Shown piece by piece: positions 53,501 through 64,000 of a stretch of 64,000 nt of DNA. The stretch lies in NCBI RefSeq assembly GCF_009834535.1, contig NC_045696.1, forward strand, positions 36,148,001-36,212,000, given 5' to 3'. The stretch is from Camelus ferus. Taxonomy: Eukaryota. The notes beneath the pieces are model-generated. The model ran no database searches. It saw nothing but the letters and a program-made list of their open reading frames with translations, and was not told where the DNA came from. How positions within the stretch are numbered: position 1 is the first letter of the stretch; each line of letters begins with the position of its first letter. A program made the position numbers and the translations under genes.

Positions 53501-54165
53501 TTCTGTGTGCACATGCTTGCATATATGTGCACATGTGTATGTGCATATGTCTGTGTGTACACATTCACATGCACATGGGAGACAAAAGGATGAGGGGGAT
53601 GCATGAGGTTAGAGAGGTACACAGAGCCTGGATCTGTGGCTTGTTACTCTGGCTACCCACGAGAATGTTCTGATTTAGTTGTCTGGGATAGAGCCAATGA
53701 ATCTAAGAAGCATTTGAGTTGAGATCCCCTGGTTTAATGATGAAAGCCCTTGAAAGTCAGGAGTGAACATATGTACAATGCATATTACTTCATTCAATAA
53801 TTGGTAGAGAAACAAAGGAAGTTTTGAAGATTATAGTGAAATAAGATCTCTCTGTGAGAGATCATCTGAAAACATTGTGGTAAACAGGGCTTGGAAGCAG
53901 AGAAACTAATAGAAATTCCTATCTATCTTACTGAGCCTGATGCAAATAGCACTTTTCTAAGTTTCCATTTAAATCCATTTCTTTCCTCCCATAATCCCCT
54001 GTAAATGTTTATTTCTCTGTTGCATCTCTTATGAAACTTGGGTTCATATTTGAATTACTTCTCCATATGTCTGCTATCCCCTAGACTGTGAATACATTGA
54101 TGGCAGGGGTAGGGCATTTTCTCCATTGTTTTCCTAGGATAGTATCTAATCCAGGGTTATAATTA

Positions 54166-54492
54166 CAGTAGTTCCTTGGTATCCAAAGAGGATTGGTTCC
54201 AAGAGCCTCTCCCATAGATTCCAAAATCTGAGGATGCTCAAGTCCCATATATAAAAGAATGGCACAGTATTTGCATATAACATATGCACATACTCCCATA
54301 GACTTAAAATCACCTCTAGACTACTTGTAATACCTAATACAATGTAAATACCATATAAATAGTTGCCAATGTGTGGCAAATTTTGAAGTTTTGCTTTTTG
54401 GAGCTTTCTGGAATTATTTTTTTCTGAATATGTTTGTTCCATGGTTTGTTGCATCTACAGATACAAAACTTGCAGATACAGAGGGCCCACTG
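54166..54492. mobile_element. MER2-type TcMar-Tigger MITE
   Basis: cagtagttccttggtatcc ... gatacagagggcccactg terminal inverted repeats; TA on left flank. Confidence 0.85.
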
Positions 54493-54704
54493 CATGTAAG
54501 TTTTCAGAGTCATTATCAGAATTTGCCTAATCGAATTAAATAATATGAATTTGTCTTCAAAACCATTAAGTTGATAACACTGTTGATATCATAAGTTGAT
54601 CAACTAAGATTCAGTGTCACAGCAGGTTATACATAGAGCTGCAGAGAGAATTTGTTCACTCCAACAATATAACATTTACTAAATGATGTGATAACTAGTA
54701 AGAT

Positions 54705-54830
54705 TGTAGGGGCAGTAAAGACTTTTAAACTTGGCCATGGACTCTTGAGCCAGGTATCCTGGGTTTGAATCTCAGCTTGGCAAGTTGCTACATGGACAAA
54801 GAAAGCTAAGACTGTGCCTACTTTCCAGAA
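54705..54830 (+). mobile_element. MIR 5' fragment
   Basis: catggactcttgagccaggtatcctgggtttgaatctcagct. Confidence 0.6.
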
Positions 54831-57241
54831 CAGCCAGCTCCTAGCTTCTGTGGCTACCTTGTACCTGCCAGGTTGGCTCATGAAAATACTCTATCTCTGA
54901 AGGCTCCAGCTTCAGCCTCAGTGTTCAATATGGCTTTGTTTAATTAAATTTTTATATGTATTATTTATATTTATATAAAATAATTTACTGTTTTTTATAT
55001 TTATTTATTATTTGGGAACTCCAGATAATGTTAGACCCTTCCTATGTCAGTTAGATATTGGCCCAATCTCTCTTCTCCTCAAATAAGATCAGAGTCAAAC
55101 AAGTGGTTTTTCTACCTGAAGACTAGTTATAGAAGAGATTTCAGATTCCACCATTTGAAACTAGCATGGAAGAGGATTTTGCACTAGTAAAATACAAGTT
55201 TTATTATATTATTTCTTTCATAGAATTAGGGTTATTTATGGAGAGGGCTTCTTGTGAGAAGTAGGTGAGCAAAAAATGAGTTTATAAGTTCACTGGATTC
55301 TATTCTGATCCACAAAGTTATTGCTATAACATGGCAGGTCCAAAGCATTAAAGAAGCAGTTGACTGTGGCTCAGGAAATTCCTACCAGCCTCAAGGCTCT
55401 GCTACTTGTTCCAAACCTCCCAACACTTGATCTCCATCTATTTCTGACGCTCTTAGCTTCACATATCGTTTCAGTCCGATTTGGTAATCTGGCTTTGCAC
55501 TGTTTATATTAATGTGCACCAGAAAGCCTCATAGGATGCCGACCCAGGTAACTGCCCCTCACTTTCACACTCGGTAAACATGAACACAAGACAGCCGTGG
55601 ACTGGGTCTGGACCTAAGCACATCACTGGGTGAACCTCTGACCAATGCCTCTTCTGCAGGAGAAAATCCAATTTTCAAATGTAAGTTCTCTGTGAAAGCT
55701 TGAAGCCTGGTATAACAAGTAATGCACGTTCAAGATCACAGTCAAACCAGTCTCATTTGTAAGAAACAAACTACTCCTATATAGAAGCAATGATTAAGTT
55801 TTATTGCTTCAATTTCTTAGGACAGCCTAAAAGGACCAACTTTGAAACTCTAAAGAACAGGAGGAGTCTGGAGTCTACCATGGGCCTAACTGAGTACTGT
55901 CACTTCCTATTCAGTTGAACTTAGGTCTTCAGACTTACTACCTTTGACTCCACATGCACAGAGTAGGTGCTCAATGAATATTTGTTGCTGAATGAGTTAG
56001 AAATTTATCACACTTGTTCCAAGAGGTTCTAGAGAACCTGTCTTCTTTCTTCTTCTTCTAATAATAAACTTATATTATTAATAGCAATATCTGGAAATCT
56101 GAAGTGAAATTATTTCAAACATCCCAGTCTTTCTCTGTATCGACCATATAGATTAAAGGCCTAAGGGATTTCCAAAAGAAATAAGGCAATTATTAAACAA
56201 ACATAGAAGAAAGGTCCTCTCTTCACCAATAGTATCAGTTCCAGAATGAAAAGAAAATTGGAAATACTTCATAAGCCTCACATAAGGGGACTGAGACTTG
56301 AATTATAATTTCCAACAGGAAAATGAAGTAAATAACTCTGTTCTCACAAATTAACTATGCTTTTCACTAATCTGTAATCCATCTCTGCAAGTGGGAGTGT
56401 CTAGAGGAATCTGTAACAAACTTGTCACTTAGATTTTTCTTTCATGACACAAAGCTCAAATAACTCCAAATACCCTACTTGGTCTTCATGAAACCATTGT
56501 TCCCTATCACACTTTAAAAGTAGGAATCTGTATTTCTTGGCCAAGTTCAAAATCAAAGAGCAAGTAAAAGACTCCTAGCCACAGATCTAGACCCTCTCCT
56601 TTTAAGCCATACTGAAGTGCATCTCAAAAGACAGATGAAATTCATAAATAAGCCTCTTGGAGCCCCTATAAAGATCACCGCATGTTGAAAGGTTTCTGTT
56701 TTTGATGGGAAATGTGAAGTTGATTCCTATAACTGTCCTTGTATTTGGACGCAATTAAATGAAAATCAGAGAACTTCTCCCTAAAGAAAATTTCTTTTTC
56801 CCTTTCTTCTTTTTTTCTTTTCATATACTTTCAGTTTTACTACTCCCTTGCTTTTTTTACAGCAATGTAATTATCAGTAGTTCCTTGTTGTAATTTGTCA
56901 CCCACACAGTACATGCTGATAACCAGGAGAGAAGTTACATTCAGTAAGTTGATTTAACACAATTTCTGGGATGTGTCAACACTCAATACATGTTACTTTT
57001 GCTTTTCTTTACTTTCTGAGCTTCAGGCTACAACTCAACCGTAACTACTGATCAAATATTTCCGTTATCTGTCTTTTCTAAAGAACTACTGCGCAGCATA
57101 TAGAGTTGCATGTATGTTAGTTATATAATTTTATGTTCTGTTCAAAGACTTGATAGAATACAGATATTATTCATATAAGTTGTCAAAATATCATCAATTA
57201 ATTACGTCTCACATGATGTAAAATATCTATAGTGGAAAAAG

Positions 57242-57247
57242 TTTATT
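57242..57247 (-). terminator. PROS1: Probable PROS1 polyadenylation signal AATAAA
   Basis: tttatt on + strand at the end of the UTR-like block. Confidence 0.7.
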
Positions 57248-57929
57248 TTCCAAAGCTGTCAGTGAAGCATCTGATACATTCCTAATGTGCATAGTAGGCT
57301 TAAGAGGGAGAAAACTGCCACTTGAAATGCATTACCAGCAAGTACAAAGCAATCTTACCTCCTTACTTCAAAGACACAGCATTACAAAAGCACAACATTA
57401 ACTATGTCCCTCTGTGGTTATCCTTTTATTAAAATCTATTCTAGTTTTCACAGTTCCTTCTGTCCTTCAGCAGTAACATTCTGGCAACTTACTCTGGTAA
57501 TTAAAGTTGGATTCAAGAAAAATTATGAGCTTCCACATTATTTATCCTCTCATTCATTCTTTCCATCATTAGGTTTTGCTTTTTCTAAATGGTCACTTGT
57601 GTGACCCACACAGCCAAATTTACGGAATGTACCCATCCCAGGTTTCTATACCCTTTCTAACACAATCCAGTCTCCCAACCTCATAGAATCCAATTACTAA
57701 CCAGCAAGATACATGTGCTGCTCTCATGAAAATCTGTCCCACTTCAGTAAAGCTACTGGTTCAAATGCTAAACCAGGTGAAAAAAAGATAGTCAAAGCTG
57801 GTCGCCCTGAAGGATTGTTCTGGAATAAAGCTTTAAAGCCTTCCACTCGATTCATGCTTAATAGGCCACTGTCTCTTCTGCCATCATGAGAAAAAAATGA
57901 AAACCAACAGCATCTGCTGTGATCAACAG

Positions 57930-58478
57930 TGTCACCGGCAAAGCCCAATAGCAATTCCCAGGAAATAAAAACAGAATCTGAGTAATAAAATAAAGTCTAA
58001 CCTTTTTTTTCCTTTGTGCTTAGTCTAGTTTCACTTGCTCACAGGGCGCTGCATGCAGAGGTCTTGAACCTGGCCCTTCAGACCAGAGTTCCTCGTGTGA
58101 AACGGCAGCGCCCAACACCTCAGCTCAGCGGGCTGTGCAGAACCTGCTGGTCAGGACCCTGCCATTCAAGATGGCCGCGACGGGCCTGAGCCGCTGCGCT
58201 GCAGTCCGGGGCATGAGCAGCATGGCTGTGCCCATCCCGCGAGAACTCCGGCCCTGTCCCGCGAGAACTCTGGCCCCGCCCTGCTGAGGAGACCCGCCCA
58301 CAGCCTGTCATGGGGTGGCGGCGGGGAGCGGGAGAGCGTGTGCTCACACCGCTCCATTCTCTGATCTAAGAATAAAGATTTCCTTTGCTTCTGAACCGAA
58401 ATGATGTCATTCTACTGGCATGGACGACACCAGGAAAAAGGACTCTTGTTGGGGGCTGACCTGAGAGGGCTAGTAACA
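57930..58478 (+). mobile_element. CpG-rich ERV1-type solo LTR, antisense within the PROS1 3'UTR
   Basis: TGTCACCGGC...GCTAGTAACA imperfect inverted termini; 4-bp TSD acag (57926-57929) / acat (58479-58482); AATAAA 58371-58376; 549 bp. Confidence 0.85.
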
Positions 58479-58886
58479 ACATTATTTAGTCAAATGCACT
58501 TTTGTTTGGGTTCCAACAAGGCTTTAACTTCCCTGCCTTACCAGAAAAATAAATATTTAAACACTAGTTCATGATGATCAAATTAAATCTTACTTTAACA
58601 AACATAAAAATGAAATCTCATTTGTAACAAAAAATTCAAATTAAAATTTTTGTTTCATTATTTAATTTCTAGACAGCAACAGAGGTAAAAAAAAAACTTT
58701 AATGTGATTTACACCACAAGAGAATCTTGTTTTCTTGAAAAAGGATCTTTTTAAAATTCCAGGGGAGGTTAAAGTACCACAAAATTATCCACGTCTGCAC
58801 ATTGCAGGTAAAACCCTTCAGCTATTATTGAAACACAAGCATAATTACACACAGGAAAAAGATAGTATCAGCAGAAAAAAGATGCC

Positions 58887-59047
58887 TTAAGTATTTTTTG
58901 TGTTTTTCCAAACTGATGGACATGAGTGAGCTCTAATATCATTATGTTTAGAAATGGCTTCATCCAGATCCAACTGCACACCATTAATGTTCACTTCCAT
59001 GCAGCCATTATAAAAGGCATTCACTGGTGTGGCACTGAATGGGACAT
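58887..59047 (-). CDS. PROS1: Protein S terminal coding exon (second laminin-G domain C-terminus)
   Basis: Acceptor ttttgtttttacag, then (D)[52 protein letters not shown]; phase 1 matches the upstream exon. Confidence 0.98.
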
Positions 59048-60569
59048 CTGTAAAAACAAAATATTAAAATATTAGCCCAAGACTTTTAGTATCTTATTTG
59101 CTTACAGTTAGAGGAATTATTCAGACTTCTCATTTCCAACCAAATTCTAATTTTAAAGGAAAAGTTAACAATGCAATTCCATTCAATAAATTCATATTAA
59201 GTGACTCCTGTATATGTAAGGTATTGTGCTCAGCACTGAATTCACCATATCATGAGCTCCTCTGATTTCATAAACAGTTCCACCCAAACCTCAGATAAAT
59301 AAACATACTTTAAAAGGAGTAGAAAATAGCATATTCTTACTAGTAATGTTCTACTTTATTATTTTCTCTTTAAATCTGACCAACAGTTTAAGCATTATTA
59401 AGTCATTGTTTTCAACTCAAAATTATAGCTACTTGGAAATCTTTAAATGCCACGATAAATATATCTCTTTTGTTATTGCTAGAACAAAAGCAGATTTCTA
59501 TGTTTTCCAAAAAAATAGCGTCTTGCTGAGCACACAATGGCAGGTCATGATAGGGAATTCACTTTTATGTAATGTTTGGTGTTCTAAAAAACAACAATTT
59601 TAATAATGCTTCAATGAATAGTTTAGTGCCTTTGGGCCTTTCTACACTTTCACTCTCCTTATCAAACATAATACTTAGGCAACACCTCTATGGTTCATTT
59701 TCAAAACATCCATCTCTCTACTTGTGTCCTCTTTTTTTGGCATCTCATCTCCATGAATCTGAATTCCCAATGGATATTCTTGAGTCCTTATTCTTCCTCC
59801 TTATTACCTTATGCAAAAAATGTATACTTCAAATTTTCTACTTCTAACTTGCCAACACACTGAATAAAGTCCATACATTTCTATGGGCTCATAGCATTTT
59901 TAAGAAACCCTTTCAAGTCTAGCTGAGTATCATAGAATATTATAAATATCTGCTATTATAAATATCCTCAGAATCATCAATTTTCCCAGATTTTTAATTC
60001 ATAACATACAATTTAACATACCTATTTTGCATATAAATTAATGTTACTCATCCCATTGTTCACTCTCTCAATGCCTCCATTTTCAGTTATCCTCAAGTTT
60101 CCCTCACTCTTTTTTCTAAATACACCTTGCCTGAAGTCAGTCTTCAGTGCTATTGCCAAATTCCTGGAACCACTGAACTTTTGATACTTTTACTTCTTTT
60201 GAACTCCTTCATTACTTGTTTCATTTTCTAAAACTGCATTCAACTAATGTGTGAATCAGGTAGTAAGGGAATTTTAATGTAGAATTCATTCATTTGAACC
60301 ATAATTATACTTCCTCGAAATTAACCACATTAACGTAACTATATCTATCTATGATCTATTTATAACTTTTATAGCCAATTTAATTCTATTCCCCCAAAAC
60401 CCAGATGAAATTTCCATATAGAGGAAATGAATACACTGAGTAGTTAAAGTAATTTAATGAAAGTTACCAGAAGTCTAGACATCAAATTCAGAATTCTCCC
60501 CATGAGAATGACATGTAAATGGTATTTGAAAATACTTCTGAAGAACTTTCTGCCTCCACTTTTTTGCCA

Positions 60570-61628
60570 TGTAAAGTACAATGCTGATGCCCATTTCATA
60601 TTTTCCAATATTAAGTTAAAGATAACCTATTTTTCCTTCGATTTTCCCATCCTGGTAAATGGAATCTTCACCCATGCAACTGCTCATGCCAAATACTCAA
60701 GAGATTCTTTGTTTCTCACATGTATCTCCAGCCTATTCATTGTATACTATCTCCACTGCCAGCCTTAGTCCAGCAGCAACCTCAGCTTCCTCACCTGTAA
60801 AATGGAGATAACAACAGTACCTACCTCACAGGACTGTTTTAAATGAGTTGATACATTTGGCGCACTCTGAACCATGCCCAGACTGTGTATCATGCACTAA
60901 CTGATGGCAGTATAGTTTTCACTACTGTTATCATTACTGCTTGCTCATCTGAACTACTTCAGTAGCCCCCAGCTCAGCCCATTCACTTGTTCTTCCCACC
61001 TGGCCATCTATGTCCATCATGCAGGGGGATTTTTTAACTGCATTATTGATATATCAGTTCCTTGTCTAAAACTTTTTAATGATTCTCATGACTCTTATAA
61101 GACGCAGGACCCTGAACCAGGTCAACAAACCTGCCACCCATTCACCAACTTCCCAGCCTCCTTTTGCACTACCATCCCTCTTGCTCAATACGCTCTCACC
61201 ATACCACACTGATCTATATATTCCTCAAGCATGTCAACTCCCTTTCACTTGGCACACACATGGACAATTTTACTTACATACATGCTCCAATCCCCACCCT
61301 CATCGCCTGGTTAAATTGTTTTAATCTTTCAAAGATCAGATTTGTATCTTAGCCTCTCTTCAGAGAGTTTGTTCCTGGCTCCCACAACCAGACCAAGTTT
61401 CCAATTTCAGGATCTAAAAGCAACCCTCACTTTTCCTTCATGGAAATTATGACAATTTTAATTTTTTGGATATTTTCCTAATCACTTGTTTAATATTTGC
61501 CCCTGCCACTGGATTGTAAAAGCCTAAACAGCAGACATCATATCATTTGTTTATTACTATGTCCCTGCTGCCTGGGACACAGGTTCTTAATAAATATTGA
61601 CTGAGTAATGGTTGGATTGAAGAATAAA
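60570..61628 (+). mobile_element. L2 in the last PROS1 intron
   Basis: Pyrimidine-rich L2 body ending ttaataaatattgactgagtaatgg. Confidence 0.65.
60778..60940 (+). mobile_element. MIR inserted in L2
   Basis: cctcagcttcctcacctgtaaaatggagataacaacagtacctacctcacagg. Confidence 0.85.
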
Positions 61629-61968
61629 TATTAAACTCACAAGATAATTGTGAGGATAAAATGATATAATAAATCCTTTCTGTATAGGATCATCAAATGC
61701 TGCAAAATTTGGTTAGTTACAGTTCACTATTAAAAAATAAATAAATAAAAATGCACCAATAAAATGTCCACGCAAGCCCTCAGAAAAAGAATAATGGATG
61801 TTGGGATTCTGACTTCCTTCTGATGCCCGTTTACTACAATTTATATGCTATGCATATATATATATATATAGACATACAGCTGTGGTTTTACCACAATTAC
61901 ATATTTAAAATACTATCAATTTCATTAAAAACACACTTTTTAAAACTGAAGAAAAAGTAAGCAGATAC

Positions 61969-62194
61969 CTGGAAGCCCACCCAAGTAAGTGGCCAATGTT
62001 CCTTGCATTGCTTTGTCCAAGATGGCAAATTGTCCTTGAAAATCTTCAGAGTAGATGCTACTTTTTTTAAGTTCAGTCAACATCTCCAAGTTGTTTCTAT
62101 TGACTCTGATTTCCAGATAGAATTGTTGACTGGAACACAGACTTAAGGCCTCTAGCCGAGCTATTACCGTATTTTCAACAGATACCAGGATATC
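61969..62194 (-). CDS. PROS1: Protein S penultimate exon (laminin-G domain 2), 226 bp
   Basis: Acceptor ctctgttcttcag; DILVSVENTVIARLEALSLCSSQQFYLEIRVNRNNLEMLTELKKSSIYSEDFQGQFAILDKAMQGTLATYLGGLP; donor G|gtatct; splices in frame to 59047. Confidence 0.98.
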
Positions 62195-64000
62195 CTGAAG
62201 AACAGAGCAAAGACTCAATATTAGTGAGTACTAATGGTAATGCCACTCAACAGTGCCTTTTTAGTTTCCAAAATTCAAAAACTGAATTTCAATTAGGGGG
62301 GAAAAAGTACAATAGAGCCTTCAAGTTTAATGAAAAAACTACTTGTTATTATAATAATCATAATTTTAGAATATATATTAGTTTTACAAACTCCAAGTTT
62401 AGCTGAGATACAAATGTATAGCAGGTTTTGAAAATTCAGTACATCGAGTTGTCTCACCAACAATGGGAACCTTACATAGTGTCTTAAGCAATATATTTCT
62501 GCTTATGAGCCTTCCTAATTTCAATATTTACATATGAAAAAGTAAGGAGTTGAATCACTCTTTGTTGGAGAAAAGACTTGGAAAATTTCAAGTGCTTTAG
62601 TAAGCACATGCCAGCAAGACTGAAAGGTTTATTTGTGCCACACAAGCAATCCTGTAGACTTGGAACAAACTGAGTGAAGTCTCTGAGAGAGAAAAACTAG
62701 GATCGCCAGCAGTAAGCTACAGAGTTATTTACCAGAAGATTCTCAAAAAAGAAAATATATTTTCTGAACTTTTAAACTGCTGATACACTACACAACTCAA
62801 ATTGCTGAAAGTGACCTACGCATATAGCTTACATGTGTGTAGAGGAAAAGTAAAAAGACAGAGAAAATAAAACCAAACCCAGGGAGACGAGTGTTATGAC
62901 CAGATAGTAGAAAAATAGTCTGAAATGTTTACTTAGGAATCCAAGACACCCACGTTAAATGAAGTCCATACTTTCCAACTACAGGTTATTTGAGGAAATC
63001 TGTTACTGTGTTACACATATCCATATTCTAAACTTATTAAAAGTCTTAAAGATGGGCAGCTGAGAAAATGTTCTAGAATGATCAATAGCATGAAGAGTAA
63101 TGTTATGAAATGTTTTACATAGGCCTTGAGATGGCAACTTGATATGCAAAAAAAAAAAAAAAAAAGCCATGAAGACAAACACAGAAAAGATAAAATAAAC
63201 TTCAAAGATATGGCAGGCGTTAACCTCCTCTACTGCATGAATGTAGTGTTGAAGGTAGGATTTCCATTTTGTTTAAAAAAGAAAAAGAAAAAAAGAAGCA
63301 AACAAAAAGCTGAAATCCAAACATAGTAATGTCCTGTGGTCAACCGGAGATAAAAACTCAGCAGAATCTTTTTAGGTTGCTTACAGTTAACCACCAGAAA
63401 CTGCCCCCATCCATCCTTTAAGCTGCAATCAGCACTCCTTTTTATTACTACAGGCATCAGTCAGTTATACGTGTCTTTCTAAAAGCTACAGAGAGCATCT
63501 GAGCCACCCTTGGCACAAACGCAAGCTTCTTGCTGTAACTTGTTGGAACCCACTGTGGATGACACATGGACAGAATTATTAGCCTCTAATAGAAGGTTGA
63601 ATAATACAGATCTTCCAATAAATCTCATGTTTCCTTTTATTGAAGAGTTTTTCCTGTTCTTCTTCCTAATTTCAAAAAAGAGTTTCCAGAAAGAAACCAA
63701 GTGGATTGGTTTTAGGTTTCTCTAGTCTTTCTTAATTTACTTAGGGGAGAAATGATTAAGAGTGCCAGAAAACACAAAATATTATAATTAGGAACTGAAT
63801 ATTTCAGAGTGGACTGCAGTCTGACTCACTTCTATTTTGTTAGTACAAACTCCCATGACACTTCAAAGACTTGGAGTAAGGGTGGGTCTCTGTGCACTGA
63901 GAGAAGGCTCCAAGCAGGCCATGTGTGAAGCTGCCTAATCTTAGCTATAGAAGCAAGAGACTTTCCCATATTCCCCCCTTACTTCTTGGTTCAAATCTTG

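Larger units (their letters stand above)
57225..58886 (-). other. PROS1: PROS1 3'UTR (interrupted by an LTR)
   Basis: Follows the stop codon; both sides of the LTR resemble the human PROS1 3'UTR as recalled (e.g. GAATCCAACTTTAATTACCAGAGTAAGTTGCC, TATCAGATGCTTCACTGACAG); 3' end approximate. Confidence 0.75.

Noticed and set aside
52695..53673. Cluster of 70-150 aa Phe/Leu/Ser-rich ORFs resembling membrane proteins
   Set aside because: Artefact of the CT-rich low-complexity tract, which has few stop codons; open in several frames with no domain
58120..58357. GC-rich ORFs within the UTR LTR
   Set aside because: Short, no recognisable domain, expected in GC-rich LTR sequence
58887..62194. PROS1 pseudogene or GAS6/SHBG paralogue
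   Set aside because: Both exons are open with canonical splice sites in matching phase, and the C-terminus [14 protein letters not shown] is protein S-type; upstream exons lie outside the window and cannot be checked
63230..63725. Short ORFs in the PROS1 intron as an additional exon
   Set aside because: No similarity to the preceding protein S laminin-G exon and no supporting splice signals
1..64000. CRISPR arrays, operons, rRNA, satellite arrays or NUMT
   Set aside because: Mammalian intergenic/intronic DNA; no regularly spaced direct repeats, rRNA-like or mitochondrial-like segments recognised by eye

Overview
Mammalian, AT-rich genomic DNA. The tRNA-derived SINEs and L1 3' ends point to a camelid (alpaca/llama/camel); this host call is inferred from recalled repeat families. 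The right end holds the 3' part of PROS1 (vitamin K-dependent protein S) on the minus strand: penultimate exon 61969-62194, terminal coding exon 58887-59047, and a 3'UTR running to an AATAAA at 57242-57247. The remaining ~57 kb is intergenic with no other recognisable host gene. It contains L1 fragments of several ages, L2, MIR, MER5A/MER2/MER63, MaLR/ERVL LTRs and an ERV-dense block at 35-51 kb. Most notable: (1) a CpG-island-like, TATA-less solo LTR inserted antisense inside the PROS1 3'UTR; (2) a two-LTR class III (ERVL/HERV-S-like) provirus with a tRNA-Arg primer site and a decayed gamma-type env; (3) a young L1 with an apparent 3' transduction; (4) an LTR nested in a MER41-like LTR. I found no convincing wholly new coding system. 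Repeat family names come from remembered consensus sequences, not a database search.
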